From Phoronis australis (taxonomy: Eukaryota > Animalia > Phoronida), in contig NMRA01000343.1 in the NCBI GenBank assembly GCA_002633005.1, forward strand, positions 186,001-250,000: 64,000 nucleotides of DNA, read 5' to 3'. Below are positions 25,701 through 37,826 of this stretch, piece after piece. Numbering within the stretch: the stretch's first letter is position 1; each line of letters begins with the position of its first letter. The translations under genes were made by a program, and so were the position numbers. A model generated the notes under the pieces. The model ran no database searches and was not told the DNA's origin. It worked only from the letters and a program-made list of their open reading frames with translations.

Positions 25701-26469
25701 AACTGTTGACCCACTGCATCCCGGCGCCCATTATAATGAAGGTGAGGCTTATTTCAAATGAGGGGAGTATGAATTCAATCTTTTTAGGGCCGTATATGTT
25801 AGGACGTATAATAGGAAAATTAGGGCGTGGGTATTTAGCCAAGAATGGGCATTTAATTGCGAAAATTCTGACATGTCTGTGGGCGTTTACTTGAACTGCC
25901 ACTTGTGGCTAAGGCCCTCATAGTTGCATTTGTGTAAATCACTTCAAATGACTTGCGCACTATTGTAATATAAAGTTGGCAAAATGCAGACGATGTAAAG
26001 GTGGTTACAATTGCATTTGCAGACTTTGTTTAATTGCTTTATCTTTTTGTGAGCTCCCTTTACTTGAGGCATTTTGTTACAGTATGTGAAAAGTGAGCCC
26101 TTATTTCATTGAATATAAATAAGAAAATCAACTTCCTTTTTTAAAACATGTATTGGTGCGTCCGCAATTACTTGCCTGGAAGCATCTTGTCAACTGGACT
26201 TAAACCTTTGATGAGGCCCCCTGTTGGTCATTATCAGATTATTTAAAATCTTCACTAAAGCACACGTGTTGGTTCTTTAGGGATTGCTGAAGGAGCTCAT
26301 ATCAAACTGCGATGGTCAACTAAAGGTTGAAGTCACACAAATGGCCGCTTTCTACGAACACCGTCTTCAGCTGGGACAGAAATCCATTTACCATCTAGAA
26401 GCATTTGTGGCCAAGTTCATGTCGATTTATAAGAGATTTTTGGAGGAAGGAATGTCAGACATGTTTTGA
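19751..26469 (+). CDS. RFC3: Replication factor C subunit 3 (clamp loader, 355 aa); exons 19751-19837, 21501-21706, 22364-22461, 23524-23705, 24442-24578, 25573-25741, 26281-26469
   Basis: Spliced CDS is 1068 nt, all GT-AG and in phase. Motifs: [27 protein letters not shown] (Walker A), degenerate Walker [39 protein letters not shown]. Confidence 0.98.
20035..20775. mobile_element. Old foldback or non-autonomous DNA element with about 160-bp diverged inverted arms in RFC3 intron 1
   Basis: The reverse complement of 20035-20192 aligns to 20601-20775 through shared blocks aacatggcggt, acgataaaata, ggtagg, tttttggaaagataac.ttgc, aaaatcatgtgt and aacaattacc. Confidence 0.7.
20790..21320. mobile_element. 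CpG-rich interspersed-repeat-like segment (possible non-autonomous DNA or rolling-circle element)
   Basis: Composition shift and motifs typical of invertebrate repeats (ccgattctcacgaaatttgcac, ggccattttg, gctgaaacttggtac, caagatggcggc). No termini defined. Confidence 0.4.
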
Positions 26470-27044
26470 ATACTAGACTGATTAATTAGTGTAATTGCAA
26501 TAACGAGGCTGAACAATCTTGAGGGGAAGAGATGAGAGTTCTTTTACTTTAAAGAGTATAACTAGTATGTCCAATACAAACAGTGAAAATTTGTTTTTCG
26601 CTGGGAGTTGAATACGTGATCAACTCACGGGAGTCTACCAAGATCACACTAAAAAGGTATGATCGTACAAGTGTTTTGCAAGCCCACGATTGTACTTGAG
26701 GTATTAACAAAATGGCTGCCACTGAGGTGACTGATTTGCAAAGTTAGATTGTGGGCATAAACGGTGTGTTAACACCCCCAATACTGACACCGTTTCTGCT
26801 GCATAAACCAAGATTTTCTGCTGCATGTGTCTTGCAAGTGACTGGCATTTGTAAACACACCCTGATCTGACTGTTCTCTTTTCAGTCACTGTGTCACAAG
26901 TGAATTCCCATAATTGACACGAGGGATACTTGACGTCATTGTCAAGTTTTTTTGCAAATGAAACTGTTGATGGCTTCAACATTTTGTGGAAATTTGAGCA
27001 CACTGACAGGTGAAATTTCCTAGTGAAGCAATTGAATTCTCATA

Positions 27045-27050
27045 AATAAA
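27045..27050 (+). terminator. Putative RFC3 polyadenylation signal
   Basis: First AATAAA seen after the RFC3 stop, about 580 nt downstream. Confidence 0.55.
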
Positions 27051-27133
27051 TATGTTTCAGGAATTCTAGCAATGTTCAACAATGGTAAAGTTTCTACATA
27101 AGATGTCAACATAATGGATGAAACATGAACATG

Positions 27134-27139
27134 TTTATT
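27134..27139 (-). terminator. Putative DELE1 polyadenylation signal
   Basis: tttatt on + (AATAAA on -), the first one seen downstream of the DELE1 stop, about 1.2 kb away. Confidence 0.5.
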
Positions 27140-27904
27140 TTGCAGTTATGCTAAATATTCATATTACTTTAGAAAATTTGACAACAGAAACTAATCTCAT
27201 ATAATGCACTGTGTAATACACACCTCTAGTACAAAATAGCAGACACACTTTTATCCCTTTCACACGATTAAAGAACATGGATGGTGCTATTTAACTGCAC
27301 CTCATTCAGCAAATCTGACTTTTTAGCACTACTCATAATTGATTCACCAATCCTTATCAACCAAAGTTAAAATTAAATTTAATAACTAGAACGGGAACAT
27401 TGACTTATTGTTGAGTAGAAATATGCCATTCACCCCTCACACACCTTTATACGAAGGAACTTGTTGTCCCATAAGCGACTGTACAGTGAATAGATTCTTT
27501 GGAAGCACAATTTGCTCCATGGAAAACATGAATACTACACAACTTACTGCACATTACAAAACCAGAACCACAGCTTAAAATAAGGTAATTCTTGACATAT
27601 ATAGCAAAGAATATGGCTGACAAGTGAATTTCTGTCGTCAAATTTCTCCACAAAAGTAAATATCAAGTGTTTATAAAACAGCATTTGGTCGATTTCCCAT
27701 TACTTGCATTAATCTGCTTTTGAAAGCTGGAAAATGACAATTTTGGCAATTATTTTTGTGTGAAATAAAATTAATTACTGCAGCACAAAAGCATTGTTGG
27801 GAGACAAATAAATTTCAGTACACTTTGAACAATGCAATTAAATTTGTTCATCACAATGAAAAATAAATGAGCATTTTTACTGTTCCGAGGAGACAGTCTA
27901 TATC

Positions 27905-28174
27905 TCAATACATACAGAATGATATAGTTAGCTGGTTCCAATGTGCAGTATGGTACAACTTCAATACATACAGATGTAGTTAGCTGGTTCCAATGTGCAG
28001 TATGGTACAACTTCAATACATACAGAAGTAGATAGCTGGTTCCAATGTGCAGTATGGTACAACTTCAATACATACAGAAGTAGATAGCTGGTTCCAATGT
28101 GCAGTATGGTACAACTTCAACACATACAGATGTAGTTATCTGGTTCCAATGTGCAGTATGGTACAACTTCAATA
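27905..28174. repeat. 52-bp minisatellite, about 5 near-identical copies
   Basis: ctggttccaatgtgcagtatggtacaacttcaa recurs at 27932, 27984, 28036, 28088 and 28140 (period 52). Confidence 0.97.
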
Positions 28175-28356
28175 AAATTGGTAACACATGAACAAATATA
28201 ACAATCAATACTTGATACATCAACGTCTAAACACAAGGCTTTTGGTGGTCACCTTAATCCACGTATTAAATCACACATGACTTAACAAACCAATATATAA
28301 AATATACCGTCACAGGCTAATATCACAATAAGCTTAACGTCTAAATATCCCAGACG

Positions 28357-31300
28357 TTATGCAAAACAGTTATCCAGTTTATTTTGATGCATTTCTGCTT
28401 CTCCCACGGAACATGTTGACACCGCCAACTCCCTCGGTGGACAACTAAAGGAACCAAAATGTCCTGTACCAAAATTACCAAAATTCAAATCGAATAAATT
28501 GCCAAATACTGACTGTCCTCCAACATTAAAGTTGGATGTGGGCTTTCTAGAATGTTCATCCTCTCTGCACTCTTTCGTGATATTCTGATTTTTGTCCCCT
28601 TTTGACATCAGCACTAAATTTGGCGAGGAAGAAGATACATGAATGGTGCTCTTTTTGTGATTGTCTGCCATTTTTGCAAATGAAGTCTTTTCCCTCAAGT
28701 TCAGTTCATTAACAGCCTCCATGGCTTCCAGTCGACGGAGATTGTACTTGGCATTGGTCAGACCTTTCGCAGCTGATTTCGCATAAAGTCGCTTGGCTGT
28801 TTGAATATTCACTGGGAGACCTGTGGGTAAAGTGCAAGCGATAAATGGTCAAACCACATGGTTGAAAATGTCAAAGCATATTTCAATATTGCACTTCGCA
28901 TTAAAGACGTCAAATGGTGGTATATTACATCCATAATATATTTGTTCATATCACTACTTCCTCTCTTCACAACTCCATTTCTCAGTCCCATTTTTAACGC
29001 GTATCATCAGTCAATCAAACTCCTAAAATCAAAACAACCGGTCACGTTGTTAAATTTCATCTAAATTCATCTAGCTTTGTTATAGACATGACAAAAACCT
29101 AGAGGGCAAATGGGAAAAATATTTCAAAATAATTACTTTTTGCTCTGAAATTTTACCAATTTGCCTACAAAATTTCGTCAGGTTTTTAGAACTACTCGAC
29201 TTAAAACACAAAATGAGTAGAACTGATATCAAGCAATTACAATCAAAGAAAACCCGACCGTTACTGCTGCGCCCACCCTCAACCTACCTCCCCAGCCGTT
29301 CTCATGGAATACCGCCAAGTTGTACTGTGCTTTGGCGTGGCCTGCCTGTGCCGCCTGGGAGAACAGCTCTGCAGCTTTCTTTTTGTTTGGTTCCACACCT
29401 AGGCCTTGTTCGTAACAGATAGCCAGCTGATACAGTGCGTTGGCATCCTATGCAATGAGTATTAACCATAAGAACCTGAACCCAATAATAATGTGACTTT
29501 CATAACGCAGTGGGGACTGATCCCGTGAGACAAATGACTTATCGCCACCTGGAAGCACCAGGAAATAAGTCTCCTTTGCAGCAGGTGGCAAGGGGGATCT
29601 TTGTGAAAAGGCCCTTATTTAAATGTAATGAGTTTTACACACAAGTTAAATGGCCCCTCATCCACTAGAGGTCACTAGTATCTGATCCCATGAGATCAGT
29701 TCCCATATTGCTACGTGATTCTCCCATGGACTCTAATATCATGAATCAGTAAACAAAGTGACAATTCCAGATACAGTGTTCGATGTGACCACAATTGCCA
29801 TGGTTCATTATTCGACTCGACTGAGGAAGATAATTACAATATTATACATTAGGAAGTTCCGCAAAACTATAGTGAAAAAACACATGCATGGCGATAACTA
29901 GTGAACACTTGCATGACCTCGCCAATCTCCTTACAGAATGCTGCCCTGATCTTGAACAAGATCATCCCATGTGAGGAGGTCATCACAGGAAGAACAGTGA
30001 ATACTAAGACAAGTACTCACTATACCTCACTGTGTTCCTACCCACCTTGTGTTCAACCGCAGCTTCCAACATGGGCACAGCCTTAGTGTAATCTTTGACA
30101 TCGCTTGCGTAAAGAACTCCCAGATATGTTTGTGCCTGTTAACATACAAGAAAGCAGTCAAAACTACAATAAACAATCAAATTCCTGCATTCCAGATTCA
30201 ACATTCCTCTTTTAAGGAGGTAGAAAAATGCAACATATGACTGACCTAGTTTTCGAAAGGTAGAGCCCCTAACACACTTGTGAACACAGTGGAAAATTGT
30301 GAAGAATGGTCATTGATCATGCCCCAATTAGTTTTCCAAATTTTTTGAAATATACACTGCAACTCACAATGCAACAGTGGACCTTGCATGCTAATTTCTT
30401 ATCTCTGATTGCTCGGTCAAATTACTAAGAAACACAACATATAGTGAGCATGTGAATATGAAGGAAGATGAAAATAAATACGACTGCTATTTAGTTCCTG
30501 CTATACATGAGCATAGTAAGGAACATCCAAATACATCTTTAAAGCAAAATAGTAGTTGGCACTGCAGCAGTGCACATCTGCGGGTTAATGACTAAATTGA
30601 TGCATGACACTGTAAGTAAATAATGCAGAATCAGTCAGGGCGGTGATGCATTCTGGGAATTGGTTATCAAGAGAACAAAATTTTCCATTTGAGACAAGTG
30701 AAATTATATTTCATTAAATCTTTCAGGCCAATAAATGGGGGATAACATTTTATTGGAGGTGGGCACATTTTCTGCTACCTACCTCTGCCAATCCCTGCGA
30801 CGCTGCTAATTCCAGTAACTGTAGAGCGCTGAACGGATTGTCAGATAACTGGCAACGGCCAGACACAATGAGCATGGCTAGATTATACTGAGCTTTGGAG
30901 TGACCAGCAAGGGCAGCCATCTTGTAGTGTTGAGCGGCCTGCAAGTAATGGTAAGTTTACCAGGCATGTTGAATAAAACAAAGCCATACATCACATCTAG
31001 TGCATTGTAAATCTAGCTTCAACAAACAGACTTTTAAGAAATTTGACAAAAATCATTTAGTCCATCAATGAACTTCAATCCACAGTATTTTAACTAAGGA
31101 TCATTTAGAAAAATTAAGGTTGTACTCTTGTTGAAAATTCCTGATAAAACAAAAAAATTTTCTGTCATTGTACTCTGATCAATACTAATGCTGTATCTGT
31201 CGAATCTATATATGAATAAAAAAGAAAAAAAATTACTCTGGTCAGACACTTTGGTGCTCCTCGACCAAGCTCGTAACAGATTCCCAAATTATAGTCAGCC

Positions 31301-34300
31301 TTGCTGTTTCCCAGCGATGACGCTTCCTGCCAATCTCTGACTGCATCTTCGTGTAAACCCTTGCTTGACTTCTGAACACCAGAGACTGTTCGACTTAAAC
31401 CAGTATACATGTTTACCAACGACATGAACGAATCGCAGGCTTCCTCAAAAGCTTTGCGGGCCACTGCCTTTTGCTGAAAGTACAACACTTTTGTTACTCA
31501 TTTACAAGGAGGCAGTAAAATGTATTTGTAATCATATTACATATTCACAGCATTTAAAGAGATTCGACATCTCAGACCTTAGTATAGGTAATTCCCTTTA
31601 CCATGTAACACAGTAACATCTTATCAAATTCATTCCAGTTGGTGTTTTGACTTAAGTCATCTGCTACTTTAAATTTGATGTTGAATGTAAACTGAGATTC
31701 AGATTTTGTGTCTAAGAAAAATTAAAATCAAACATTCAGCCAACACAACACTTAACAGTCCTAAGTAGAGCTTGTCAAAATAACTTCAAATAATTATTCA
31801 AAATACTGAATTAACAAAAACGGTCACACATCAATAATATATCGGCTCACCTGATCAACATTATCGTCGCCTTTCGCTTCTTCCTGTTGCTGAGGCAACA
31901 CATGCCTGGTCGACTTGGGCATACTGAAGGCGACTCGCAAAAGACAGGACAGTCGTCCATGGTTGTAGTTGTCAAACTCATTCCTGCCATCTTTTACAGT
32001 GAGGAGCTGGTGGTAATTAATTAAGTTGACGCCCAAAGCGATAGCAGTTCCCTGTGAATGTCAGAGAAAAAGTTTAAACCAGATTAATATAGCAAACATT
32101 AAATACACTGAGAACTCTTTCCACATTTGTGCAGTGAATATTCTTCGATATGCAAACATGAACAAAACAAAATGTTTCTGAAATAATCACGAGGAATGAG
32201 TTTTTATCAGAGAATTTAGTAATCTAGTATAACGTATTCACAACAGTACAAACCAGTTTGCTCACTAGAAAGACTTTTCTCAAACCAGCAATCAAGCACA
32301 ACAGCTTGAAATTTCCTGACTGTGGTCTCATAATTTTACAACGAGTAATTTCATTTACTAGGGAAAAGATACCAATAGCTACAAGCCTACAACTAAGTTT
32401 AAAGATTGCAAAAAATATAACTTAAATGAACATTACAAAAAACAAAACATGCCAATACACAAAGATAAGCTCAGAATTTCAAGCTGAAAAATCGTAATTC
32501 TAATGTATTACCATCACATCAAACAATATGATGTTCACATGGGCACTTAAACTGCTATTCTGACAACCATTTGGACATGCTAAATAAAATCACAACTATA
32601 ATATTGTGATTTGTCAACTGTTATGAATAAAAAAACATTGACCACCTGCTGACGCAACAGAGAATGTCGCGACACACAGCACTGTTTGCAAATCACTAAC
32701 ACTGTGCAAACTTTTTCGTAATTTGACAACAAGGCCACTAAAACTTCAATGTAAAAGCAGCACAACAGATATTAAAATAACCATTAAATTTTGATCAGGC
32801 AAATGTAGGTAACAGCTCTTACCAAGCTGAGAGATTCTAGCAAGTAGGTCTTCTTGCCAAAATGGCAGTAGTTCCTAAAGGTATGTTGCCACTCCTGATC
32901 ACCCCCTGGGGAGTCTTTATTGGGGGTCTCCACCAACCCATCAGGCCAACTGAAGGGAAAACAAATAGGTGAGAGTAAATTTCAGCAGCAACATTAGCAC
33001 AGTCACTCTTGATTATCACACCTACATCCATTCTTGACCTAATTTGCACACAATAGGGCGCATAAATGAAATTTTATTTGGACAAATTTCTCAAAAAAAT
33101 AACGGTTAAGAACATTTAAATTTATTATTTGCTTAGTTTGTTCAGAGCAGGTGTAGGAAAACAGAAATTTGTAAGTTTTCATTATAATTTAAGGTAATCT
33201 GCCTAAGAAATAAAAATGACAATGATGGCAATCCGTGCTCTACCTGCTGAAATTGGTCAGATTTTATCATACCCGTGCAGTTTGAACCTACACAGCCATG
33301 CCTCAATACAGTAATCTTAATACTTCATACACATACAACTACGAAAAAGTGTCACTGTTTTGTTCGTCAAAGACTGACTATAGTCCTATGGATAATAAAG
33401 AAATACCAGAAGCAGTGTTCTTGAATAGAAGTTGTACAGCGCAAACTATGTCAGTTTTGAAGTAGATAGTTAAGTGGCCCACAGAGTGCTAATTAAGTTA
33501 TGCCAAATAAAAAATAGCATGCCTAACTACAAACTGGAACACTGAAATAAAGTCTGCGACAACAAATCAGTGTAAACAATATGCATTCAGTGCATTCTTT
33601 GATGGTGTGTAAGAAGAATGCTATCTTTCCATGATATTGAAAAAACAAAGAATTCTATCCCAGGATATGATCCAGAACAATGGTTTTCAAAGACAGTTCT
33701 GCATGGAGCTTCAAACTCAAATTCTTCAGAGAAATTTGACAAACAAGAATGTATGTTACCACCATAATGTGTGCTTATTAAGTGATCAGTGAATAGCCAT
33801 AATCAAACCTGGTGCATTTTAGGTGCTGCTCAATATAAATTATTTTAATTTTAAGTTAAAATTTCATTGAAGATGGTGCAAAAACAATAAAATGTCACGT
33901 AAAAAATTACTTACAAATATGAAGTAGGCTGTTTGTAAATTAATGTAGAATTCTTTATAGAGCAGTTGAGTCTGGAGCCTTCCTCCTCCTCAGCAGAGAT
34001 TGATCCCACTGGGGACGATCTCGCTGGGCCATTGTACTGTTGTCTTAAAGCTACAACAAATTATAATTATTGCATTAATTTAATATTACTTCTCAACGTT
34101 CGACAAAGGCAAAGTATCTGCCCGAAAATACAAGTAATGGTGTTTTTTTAAGTCACTTGCTACTCGTTTTCCCCGATTTGGGCTCACTCGTAAAAAGTGG
34201 CGACCAAAACAAAACATCGAAGAACGTCTGCAAGGCACCCATAGAGTACGAGTGAGGTCAATTTTCTACTCGCATTTTACTTTTTCCACGCACACATTTT

Positions 34301-35693
34301 AGCGTTTGCTCATTTATGTGAAGCCCTGTTTCTCAACTCCGTATACGATAGTGCATGTTTCTCAACTCCATATACGATAGTGCATGTTTCTGTGATCACC
34401 TTATTATTATCATGCTACGTGTTTTTCCAAGAATACAATTTTTCATTCAGCTCAAGGTAAGGTGTCAATTAAGATTAAATTTGTTTTTTAATTTTTTCAT
34501 GACTGACCATTTACTATGTGTGCGACTCTGAAATATTTTAAAAGATATTAATTCGACAAAAGAAGCATTTTTAGGTATGGAGAAAATATGACGTACATAG
34601 CATCAAAATGAGAGTCCCAACATGAAATTTGGGAAAATAAAATATTTCACCAACCAACTTGTTCATCACAGATCATTGATGGTAAGGTAAGTGGAAATAC
34701 TTTAAGGGCAGCCCAACCTGTCAAGGCCTTCTAATGAATTTCTACAAGGTATTATTTTTCATTTTCAAGTAATTCACTTCACCAACGCCCAGGATCTCAT
34801 CTACTTGAAATCGAACTCGAAAATACATTTTCTACCTTCCTTAAAATTTAATACAAACGTAATTTTTTAAAAAATCATTAATATATTATCCACAGAATAA
34901 AGCTGACGGAAGACCTCTAGTTTCTATAAAAAATTTCAAGCATTCACATAAAAATATTCAAATGGGTTTTTAAGTATCATGATCCGTGAAGAGCAGATCA
35001 CATGACGCAAAAAACCAAAGATGAAAACCCATCAACTTGTATGACCCAAAAAATTAAGATGACTCAGTAAACCACAATGTGATAACCTCGTCACAGAGTG
35101 CACACACATACAAAAGGTAATTTTTGTTCAATAGATAAATGATCACTCACATCAGGGAAATTTTGAAACATGATGCAATAGCGCAGGTGTCTCATTGACA
35201 AAACAATGGCAAGAAAAAAAAAAAACAGATAGACCATTCAAAGTGTTGTCTAGTCAATGTCCTTGTCTGAAACGTAGAATGCAAATTACTTCATTGGCTT
35301 AATTAAATTAACAAAGGAGCATCGAGCGTCTAATAAAAGAACATCAACAAACAACAAAAGAGCATCTCGAAAGTGATTTGGTTTCAAAAGTTATACTCAA
35401 ACATGGGCCGTTGTTGAACGTCTCTGTTTCGACGGAATGTTAACAAAATTGGTGCATAACAGTTTATAAACATTAACAGGATGATTAAAACAGTGGCACT
35501 TAGTTATTTTCGAATTCAAACCAAGAAGATGTCACGTGATGCAAATACACTAACCTAACTCGGTCTCCACTTGCGCAACAATAAATGTGATTATGACTCC
35601 AGTTTTTCTGCTTAATCAACCAGTTTCCTAGCTTCAAGTGTTGCTTATTTTACGGATCTTACCTCGAGGAAGGCCTTTGAAGATCTTCCACAT
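28357..35693 (-). CDS. DELE1: DAP3-binding cell death enhancer 1 (mitochondrial stress relay, Sel1/TPR repeats, 533 aa); exons 35693-35663, 34050-33915, 32949-32823, 32051-31851, 31473-31237, 30938-30783, 30135-30046, 29447-29288, 28820-28357
   Basis: Spliced CDS is 1602 nt in phase. Basic N-terminus MWKIFKGLPRALR, hydrophobic LESLSLGTAIALGVNL, serial Sel1 repeats (GNSKADYNLGICYELGRG, GHSKAQYNLA, AQTYLGVLY, ALYQLAICYEQGLGV, GHAKAQYNLAVFHENGWGG) and a C-terminal SSSSPNL match the DELE1 layout. Exons 2-3 are poorly conserved but phase-consistent. Confidence 0.88.
29507..29711. mobile_element. MITE of about 200 bp with imperfect TIRs in a DELE1 intron
   Basis: gtggggactgatcccgtgaga versus tcccatgagatcagttcccat. 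Confidence 0.55.
34327..34391. repeat. 29-bp tandem duplication (2.2 copies)
   Basis: tgtttctcaactccRtatacgatagtgca twice, plus tgtttct. Confidence 0.9.
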
Positions 35694-35779
35694 GTTGTCA
35701 CATCGCTACGTTGGAAAGAAGATCATCTCCGCGAAGGTCTCCACCACGACTTGGGTTTTTACCCCCCACAATGTCCTGG

Positions 35780-35806
35780 TTTGACGTCAAATGTGACCTA
35801 TAAAAG
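35780..35806. promoter_or_regulatory. CRE palindrome and + strand TATA box in the DELE1/pirin divergent region
   Basis: TTTGACGTCAAA at 35780-35791 (perfect 12-bp palindrome with a TGACGTCA core), about 90 bp upstream of the DELE1 ATG. TATAAAAG at 35799-35806. Confidence 0.6.
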
Positions 35807-36495
35807 GTTTAGCCTAGTTACACGCTCGGCTAAATTCCCTTTGAAAGCACTCATACAAATGGGACGACTAGGTTTATGCTAGGCTACTTTCTTTCAATGT
35901 TTTACTAAAAATGTCATTTAGCTAAAATATACTTGAAAATTTTTCAATAAGTTAATTAATTCAGTTGAAATTTATTTTTGATATATTTCAATAAAACTAT
36001 TTTAAGTTAATTACGGAAATAAACGGTTTTACACGGTAAAAATAGGTCATTCAAACATAAACACAGCTTCATTGAATCAGATGGGCTACTCCGTCACCGC
36101 AAAGCAGAAAGTTGTGTCAGGTGTGCTTCTGTAAAGTAACATTCGTATCTTTGTAGGATATTCTAGATGCAAACCGACTATCTAGATCTTGACTGTTTAG
36201 CTTGCTTGAATTCTTATTACTGTGTGTATTAATTATAGGTGTCTGTCAATGTCGTGATCCCCGTCGACAGTCGTCGACTACACAGTGATGAGTGAGACGG
36301 ATGCGTTCTGTTTGAACTGGACAGTTCACTGTCACAAAGTATTAATTTAACGTCAAACGCCTTACTGTCATTTTTGTTGTTAATCAGAGTTTTGTTTGTT
36401 TCCTTGATGGATGGCAATTGGAGACCTTGATGCTATTCGTTTGTTTCTCATAAAACATGTTTAGCGTGTCTGAGCCCGGCCTGCTTCATCAAACC

Positions 36496-36606
36496 ATGAC
36501 CAGGCACTTTTTAACTGGGACTTGCTTTTCACTGGTAAGTGCTATAGAAGCTCAGTTTTGATGGATGAGACGAATCATATTTGTTTGCTCGTTGAATGAC
36601 GGTGCA
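36496..36606 (+). promoter_or_regulatory. Two antioxidant response element (RTGACnnnGCA) matches upstream of the pirin CDS
   Basis: ATGACCAGGCA at 36496-36506 and ATGACGGTGCA at 36596-36606. Mammalian PIR is an NRF2 target. Confidence 0.45.
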
Positions 36607-37176
36607 GATCTTTCTGTAAACTGAAACAGAACATACCATGTCATTCTCATATGCTTAATTACAAATTGAAGGCGAACGTGTCATAAACTAGACAGCTCAC
36701 CTGTAAACAGGTAACCTTGTCCTTGGAGATGTGCATACCTGTTTAGTTGAATAAACCATTGATTGACCAGTAACCTGCCACTGAAGTCATTTTGTTTGCC
36801 ATGGAACGGAGCAATTGTATTGTAGTAAAATCTAAGGTTGGCTTATATTAATTAAGTTAGCTTGGATATTTTTGTGGGGTGGAGTCTAGTCGGGCTTTTA
36901 AGTGCCTCTTCACACACCTGCACATGTATCAGCCTACATCACGGCAGAAGGGCTGCTGAATATTCATGTTGCACCCTCATTGGCCAACACCGGCATAAGG
37001 GCCGGGACAGCCAACGTCCAGTCGGCAGTCTCCAAGACGAACGACAAACTCTCGCATGCCAACTGGGGACGCACGCAGCAGAAGGCTAGTGCAGTAGTGA
37101 ACACTGTCTCACTACGGTAGTTATAGTTAATAATTTTTAGAAATGATTTGTTTCAGACTGTAGTGGGTACTCATGA

Positions 37177-37330
37177 CTGTGGCGGATTTAGAGAGGGGGG
37201 GAGGGGCAAGGGACCATGGCCCATGGCCCCTCCTAAAACTCCCAGATTCTATTTGGCAGTTTGTGATGGGCAAAATCCTTGGTAACACATTGCCCTGCCC
37301 CCCCAACTAAATTTCCTGGATCTGCCACTG
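37177..37330. mobile_element. hAT-like MITE (CAGTGG...CCACTG-type ends), copy 1
   Basis: ctgtggcggatttag...cctggatctgccactg with G/C-run subterminals. A reverse copy lies at 44480-44626. Confidence 0.75.
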
Positions 37331-37826
37331 CAGGAGTCTGAAGATGTGTATAGTGACCAAAAATAGGTTGAGATCATTTAAGAGTACCATCACAATTGAT
37401 ACGAAAATCAATCAAAACTGGGGTTCACCCCTCTCAAAAAGCCTGGCCATGTGAATGCTGAATCTGAGAGATACAATGTAAGAAACTCATTGTGTGTATT
37501 TGTGGCATACATACATGTAGTCATTTATATTCTTCAGTCGTAACAAGTATTGTCTGTCACTATATTATAAGCAACAGTTTTTCTCGTATTGGTATGTCCT
37601 GTCTCATGTGTTTAGCCCTGAATTTTTCATTTTGTTGTTTTACAGTGAGAAAGTACAACATCCTTTTCGTATGCCACAGCAACCTTCTCTCGCCGGAAAG
37701 CGACTGATTCTGGCTTCGTTCCTGCTAGCCATAAAAGTACAGAAAACTCGTCTACATCAGGTTTCTAGTCGGTTTATTGGACACACTGGTGCGGATCTTT
37801 GTCCTTCTAAACAGTCTCGGTGTAAG

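Noticed and set aside
25334-25894. 186-aa ORF as a separate gene
   Set aside because: It is RFC3 exon 6 plus open intronic flanks.
26467-26469. TGA stops of RFC3 and STARD10 as selenocysteine or readthrough codons
   Set aside because: Both proteins end at family-typical positions and no SECIS-like structure was recognised.
27905-28174. CRISPR-like regular repeat array
   Set aside because: The units are contiguous near-identical copies with no unique spacers, there are no cas genes, and the context is eukaryotic.
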